The notes under the pieces: generated by a model
Told to the model about the DNA's origin: nothing
What the model saw: only the letters and a program-made list of their open reading frames with translations
Database searches by the model: none
Made by a program: the position numbers and the translations under genes
Part shown: positions 59,930 to 64,000 of the stretch, in pieces
Layout: every line of letters starts with the position of its first letter
Numbering within the stretch: position 1 is the stretch's first letter
Origin: Calditrichia bacterium
GTDB lineage: Bacteria > Calditrichota > Calditrichia > JAJRVZ01
Assembly: GCA_963796965.1 (NCBI GenBank)
Contig: CAWCNS010000006.1
Coordinates: 64,001-128,000 of the forward strand
Reading direction: 5' to 3'
Length of the DNA: 64,000 nucleotides

Positions 59930-61657
59930 ATGGCAGAAGAAATAGGTGATCCAAGTTTTGTAAAATCACTTTTTAGTGGTTTTATATTAGATGAACTCGT
60001 GTTTCCTTATCCGCAAATGGATAAAGACGAAGCTGAAAGTTTAGATCTAATCCTGGATTCCTTAAGAAAATTTGCAGAAAATTATGTGGATTCCCAGGAA
60101 TTTGATCGCCAGGAAAAATTTCCTGAGGATGTGATTAATGGTATAAAGGAACTTGGTCTTTTCGGATTGGTCATCCCTGAAGAGTATGGTGGATTTGGGC
60201 TCAGTACAACAGCTTATGTTAGAATACTAGAGGAAATTGCACGATACGATGGCAGTATGGCATTAATAGTAGGCGCCCACCAATCCATAGGGTTAAAAGG
60301 ACTTCTTTTATATGGTACGGAAGAACAAAAACAAAAGTATTTGCCCAAATTAGCAACTGGTGAATTAATTGCGGCCTTTGGTTTAACCGAACCTGGGGCC
60401 GGATCAGATGCGGCCGGTATAAAAACCCGGGCAGTGCGTGACGACAAAAAAGGCGTTTATATTTTAAATGGTAGCAAAATGTGGATTACAAATGGTGGTA
60501 TTGCGGATTTTTTTACCATTTTTGCAAAAGAAGAAATCGACATTCCCGGAGAAGGCAAAAAAGATAAAATTACGGCCTTTATGATCACCCGCGATATGGG
60601 AGTTCGTTCTGGTAAAAAAGAAGAAAAATTGGGCATCAGAGGTACCTCCACAACAGAAATCATTATGGAAAATGTTGAAGTACCTATTGAAAATGTTATT
60701 GGAGAACCCGGGCGTGGTTTTAAAGTGGCAATGGAGATTCTTAATACCGGCCGGATTGGTCTGGCTGGCGGAAACGTCGGTGGTGCTAAAACTGCATTGA
60801 AATATGTTCTGAAACATGTCCAGGAACGAGAGCAATTTGGACGTCCTCTAATCTCTTTTGAACTTATCAGAGAAAAAATTGCCCAAAGCGCCCTGCGTAT
60901 CTTTGTTGCTGAGTCTATCGTATATCTGACAACACAAATGATCGATCACGGAAAGATTGATTTTTCATTAGAATCTGCTATTGGCAAAACTATGGCCACT
61001 GATTATCTCTGGATTAATGTCAACGAGAGTTTACAAATGGCTGGAGGAATTGGTTACAGCCGAGAATACCCCTATGAACAATGGGTCAGAGATGCACGCA
61101 TTAATTTAATATTTGAGGGTACAAACGAAATTATGCGGATCTTTATTGCGCTTTCCGGAATTCAGGAACGTGGAGAATACTTGAAGAGAATGGGTAAAGC
61201 CCTTAATGATCCCATCAAAGGTTTTGGCCTTTTAACGGATTTCGCTGTTCATTATATGAAAGAGAGATTAACTACAGAACGCCTGCCCGATGTTCACCCA
61301 AAACTAGCAAATTCAAAAGCGGAATTTGAAGAATGGGCAAAAAATCTTCATATCACCACCGAACGCATCCTAATGAAATACGGGAAAGGTATTATTAAGA
61401 AACAAATTATTCAACGCAGGCTGGCTGATGCGGCCATTGATCTGTTTGGCATGGTTGCAACAATCTCACGTGTAGATTATTGTATCAACACAAAAGGTGA
61501 AGAGAATTGCGCAAAACTTATTTTATTTTGCAATACCTATTGTGAAGAAGCCTGGCGTCGGATTCGTCGCAATATTTTGATGGTCGATAAAAATGATGAT
61601 AATAATATACTAAAAATTGCTGACCTCATAAATGAAGATGGTGAATATAATATATAA
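59930..61657 (+). CDS. Long (VLCAD/ACAD9-like) acyl-CoA dehydrogenase
   Basis: AHQSIG, FGLTEPGAGSDA, KMWITNG, RDARINLIFEGTNEI; extended C-terminus. Confidence 0.92.
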   Translation: MAEEIGDPSFVKSLFSGFILDELVFPYPQMDKDEAESLDLILDSLRKFAENYVDSQEFDRQEKFPEDVINGIKELGLFGLVIPEEYGGFGLSTTAYVRILEEIARYDGSMALIVGAHQSIGLKGLLLYGTEEQKQKYLPKLATGELIAAFGLTEPGAGSDAAGIKTRAVRDDKKGVYILNGSKMWITNGGIADFFTIFAKEEIDIPGEGKKDKITAFMITRDMGVRSGKKEEKLGIRGTSTTEIIMENVEVPIENVIGEPGRGFKVAMEILNTGRIGLAGGNVGGAKTALKYVLKHVQEREQFGRPLISFELIREKIAQSALRIFVAESIVYLTTQMIDHGKIDFSLESAIGKTMATDYLWINVNESLQMAGGIGYSREYPYEQWVRDARINLIFEGTNEIMRIFIALSGIQERGEYLKRMGKALNDPIKGFGLLTDFAVHYMKERLTTERLPDVHPKLANSKAEFEEWAKNLHITTERILMKYGKGIIKKQIIQRRLADAAIDLFGMVATISRVDYCINTKGEENCAKLILFCNTYCEEAWRRIRRNILMVDKNDDNNILKIADLINEDGEYNI

Positions 61658-61766
61658 TTAAACAATCTATTGGTAGAGAAAAAATTATTCTGTCGCCAAA
61701 AACTGAAACAAATAATTTTACAATAGTTTATAGAATTGTACGATATTAAAATTAGGAGGGATTATT

Positions 61767-62519
61767 GTGAATATAGCTGTTTGTGTTAAACAGGTCCCAG
61801 ATACTGAGACAAAGGTACGAATTAATCCAGATAAAAAGGGAATAGATGAAAGTGATATAAATTTTATTCTTAACCCCTATGATGAATTTGCAGTAGAGGA
61901 AGCATTAAAGGTCAAAGAAAATAAAGGTGGTGAAGTTACTATCATTTCTCTCGGCCCGGATCGCGTTACCTCAACTATTCGCAGTGCTTTGGCCATGGGA
62001 GCTGATAAGGCTATACATATTAAAACTGAAAATATTCCAATTGACCCGATGGTAACAGCCACAGCACTCACTAAGATTCTTGAAGAAGGTAATTTTGATC
62101 TTATTTTCTTAGGGAAACAAGCCATTGATGACGACCATCAGCAGATTGGTCCAATTATTGCAGAAATGATGGGAATATCTTCAGCAAATGTTGTTACAAA
62201 ACTTACCATTGAGAATAATAAAGTTCTTGCTGATCGTCAGATAGAAGGTGGGTTTGAGAAGATTGAATGTGAATTACCAACCCTTATTACGACACAGAGA
62301 GGATTAAACGAACCCCGATACGCCTCCTTAAAAGGAATAATGGCTGCCAAAAAAATTCCAATTGAAGAAAAATTACTTGATCTTCCTGCCGAAAAATTTG
62401 AGATTCTAGAAATAAATTATCCACCTGAAAAGCCACCTGGGAAAATTGTGGGTGAAGGGGCAGATGCAGCAACGGAGTTGATCCGCCTATTAAAAGAAGA
62501 GGCAAAAGTGATTTCTTAA
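61767..62519 (+). CDS. etfB: Electron transfer flavoprotein beta subunit
   Basis: VKQVPD, NPYDEFAVEEA, GKQAID, NEPRYASLKGIM. Confidence 0.95.
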   Translation: MNIAVCVKQVPDTETKVRINPDKKGIDESDINFILNPYDEFAVEEALKVKENKGGEVTIISLGPDRVTSTIRSALAMGADKAIHIKTENIPIDPMVTATALTKILEEGNFDLIFLGKQAIDDDHQQIGPIIAEMMGISSANVVTKLTIENNKVLADRQIEGGFEKIECELPTLITTQRGLNEPRYASLKGIMAAKKIPIEEKLLDLPAEKFEILEINYPPEKPPGKIVGEGADAATELIRLLKEEAKVIS

Positions 62520-62580
62520 GTGTTTAGATGAAATCAATGATTTATTCGGCAAATTTAAGAATTCAAGAGGAGACTAATAG

Positions 62581-63537
62581 ATGAATAAAATTCTCGTATT
62601 TACTGAACAAAGAGATGGCGAGGTAAAGAAAATCACCTATGAAAATTTAACACTAGCTAATAAACTTAGTGCTGAAACGGGAGATCAGGTCGTCTGTGTG
62701 GTCATTGGAGATAATATTAGTAAGTTAACCGATGACCTTGCGAGATATGGGGCTTCAAAAATTATAACCTGCCAGGATGAATCCCTTTCTCTTTACCAGT
62801 CGGAAGGATATACAAAAGTTTTAACGGATATCGTGAAGGAAGAAAATGCCTCAATTATATTGATGGGTGCTACATTTATGGGTAAAGATTTAGCACCACG
62901 CCTGGCAGCAAGAATCAATGGCGCATTAGCCACAGATTGTATCTCTGTTGAGGTATCTGGTGATGATTTGATGATTGTAAGACCTATGTATGCTGGTAAA
63001 GTGAGAGCAACCATTCGATTAAAATCTGAGATAAAAGTATTGACGATTCGGCCAAACGTTTACCTTGCGGAAGAATCGGTAGTATCCGCAGAAGTGAAGG
63101 ATAGGCCTGCTGTTCCGGGAGACATGAAATCAAAGGTAACTGAAATATCAACCGGATCTGGCGATAAACTTGATGTAACTGAGGCTGATATTATTGTATC
63201 AGGAGGCAGAGGGTTAAAGGGTCCGGAAAATTTTCACCTAATAACCGATCTGACTAAAATACTTGGCGCTGCCCAGGGAGCATCACGAGCTGTTATTGAT
63301 GCCGGATGGCGGCCATACGAAGAGCAGGTGGGGCAAACAGGAAAAACCGTATCTCCTTCCCTATATATAGCCGTGGGAATATCTGGAGCAATACAACATC
63401 TGGCAGGGATGTCATCATCTAAATTTATTGTTGCAATTAATAAAGATGCTGATGCGCCGATCTTTAAGGTGGCTGATTATGGTATTGTCGGTGATTTATT
63501 TGAAGTCGTACCTAAAATGCTGGAAATATTGAAATAG
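62581..63537 (+). CDS. etfA: Electron transfer flavoprotein alpha subunit
   Basis: [31 protein letters not shown]. Confidence 0.95.
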   Translation: MNKILVFTEQRDGEVKKITYENLTLANKLSAETGDQVVCVVIGDNISKLTDDLARYGASKIITCQDESLSLYQSEGYTKVLTDIVKEENASIILMGATFMGKDLAPRLAARINGALATDCISVEVSGDDLMIVRPMYAGKVRATIRLKSEIKVLTIRPNVYLAEESVVSAEVKDRPAVPGDMKSKVTEISTGSGDKLDVTEADIIVSGGRGLKGPENFHLITDLTKILGAAQGASRAVIDAGWRPYEEQVGQTGKTVSPSLYIAVGISGAIQHLAGMSSSKFIVAINKDADAPIFKVADYGIVGDLFEVVPKMLEILK

Positions 63538-63663
63538 AATCAGATAGGAATAGTGTAGAAAAATTTATAAATAGACTGGCATAATTTTCTTTGATAAATT
63601 GTAAAGACCTTTCTATGAAACATTTTTACACCTGAACAAATAGCAATCTTTTGAACAGGCGAG

Positions 63664-63969
63664 CTATTTTTTTGATTTATTATTTTTCAACTTCTGGAGA
63701 ATCATATCTGCCGGAGTTAAATATTTTTTTTCGTTATTACAATTCTTACAGCAGGGTACAATATTCCCTTTTGTACTTTTCCCACCTCTGGAAAGTGGTA
63801 CAAGATGATCCATCGTTAACTCTTTAGATGGAAAGGATTTACCACAATAATGACACGTTCCTTTGGCAATAAGGTTTTTCCACCATTGGGAAGTTTTCAT
63901 TTCCCGGGCTTTAACTTTTTCGCGGTTAATATGTTGTTTATCTGACTTTATTTCTATCCAATCATTCAT
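63664..63969 (-). CDS. Small stand-alone HNH endonuclease
   Basis: CHYCG, TMDHLVPLSRGG, NIVPCCKNCN. Confidence 0.88.
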   Translation of the reverse strand: MNDWIEIKSDKQHINREKVKAREMKTSQWWKNLIAKGTCHYCGKSFPSKELTMDHLVPLSRGGKSTKGNIVPCCKNCNNEKKYLTPADMILQKLKNNKSKK

Positions 63970-64000
63970 CTTTATCCGTCCGAGATTATTTTCCAAGAAT

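Noticed and set aside
63664..63969. HNH nuclease as a defence or mobile element
   Set aside because: Small stand-alone HNH with no methylase, ATPase, intron or phage context visible in the window.

Overview
AT-rich bacterial chromosomal window. Proteins with Por/T9SS-type C-terminal sorting domains, a fused ccoNO and TonB-receptor/DUF4249 pairs suggest an FCB-affiliated lineage such as Calditrichota (inference). The flanks are mostly housekeeping: xth, CYTH cyclase, secreted M1 peptidase, an SBP/histidine kinase/sigma-54 activator operon, ilvE, pabB-pabC, ykfB/ykfC-like peptidoglycan recycling, a full cbb3 oxidase operon, a DNA glycosylase, serA, sfsA, rlmB and a FadR-controlled beta-oxidation/ETF operon. 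The centre (about 24.2-48.9 kb) is a large uncharacterised envelope locus. It has an ECF sigma/anti-sigma/periplasmic-partner trio and three copies of a GGAATA-N14-TTGTCTAA promoter. It also encodes a secreted five-fold LTxxQ-repeat protein, a TonB-dependent receptor, and a TolC-MFP-RND-RND export set interleaved with ABC subunits. The second RND protein appears fused to an ABC ATPase whose nucleotide-binding domain is split by an inserted membrane segment. Intergenic DNA carries many 7-bp and 9-bp periodic inverted-repeat cassettes, one enclosing a four-helix-bundle gene, plus REP-like palindromes. About ten genes carry frameshifts, nearly all repairable by removing one base; these are most likely long-read consensus errors. 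No rRNA, tRNA, CRISPR array or transposase was seen.
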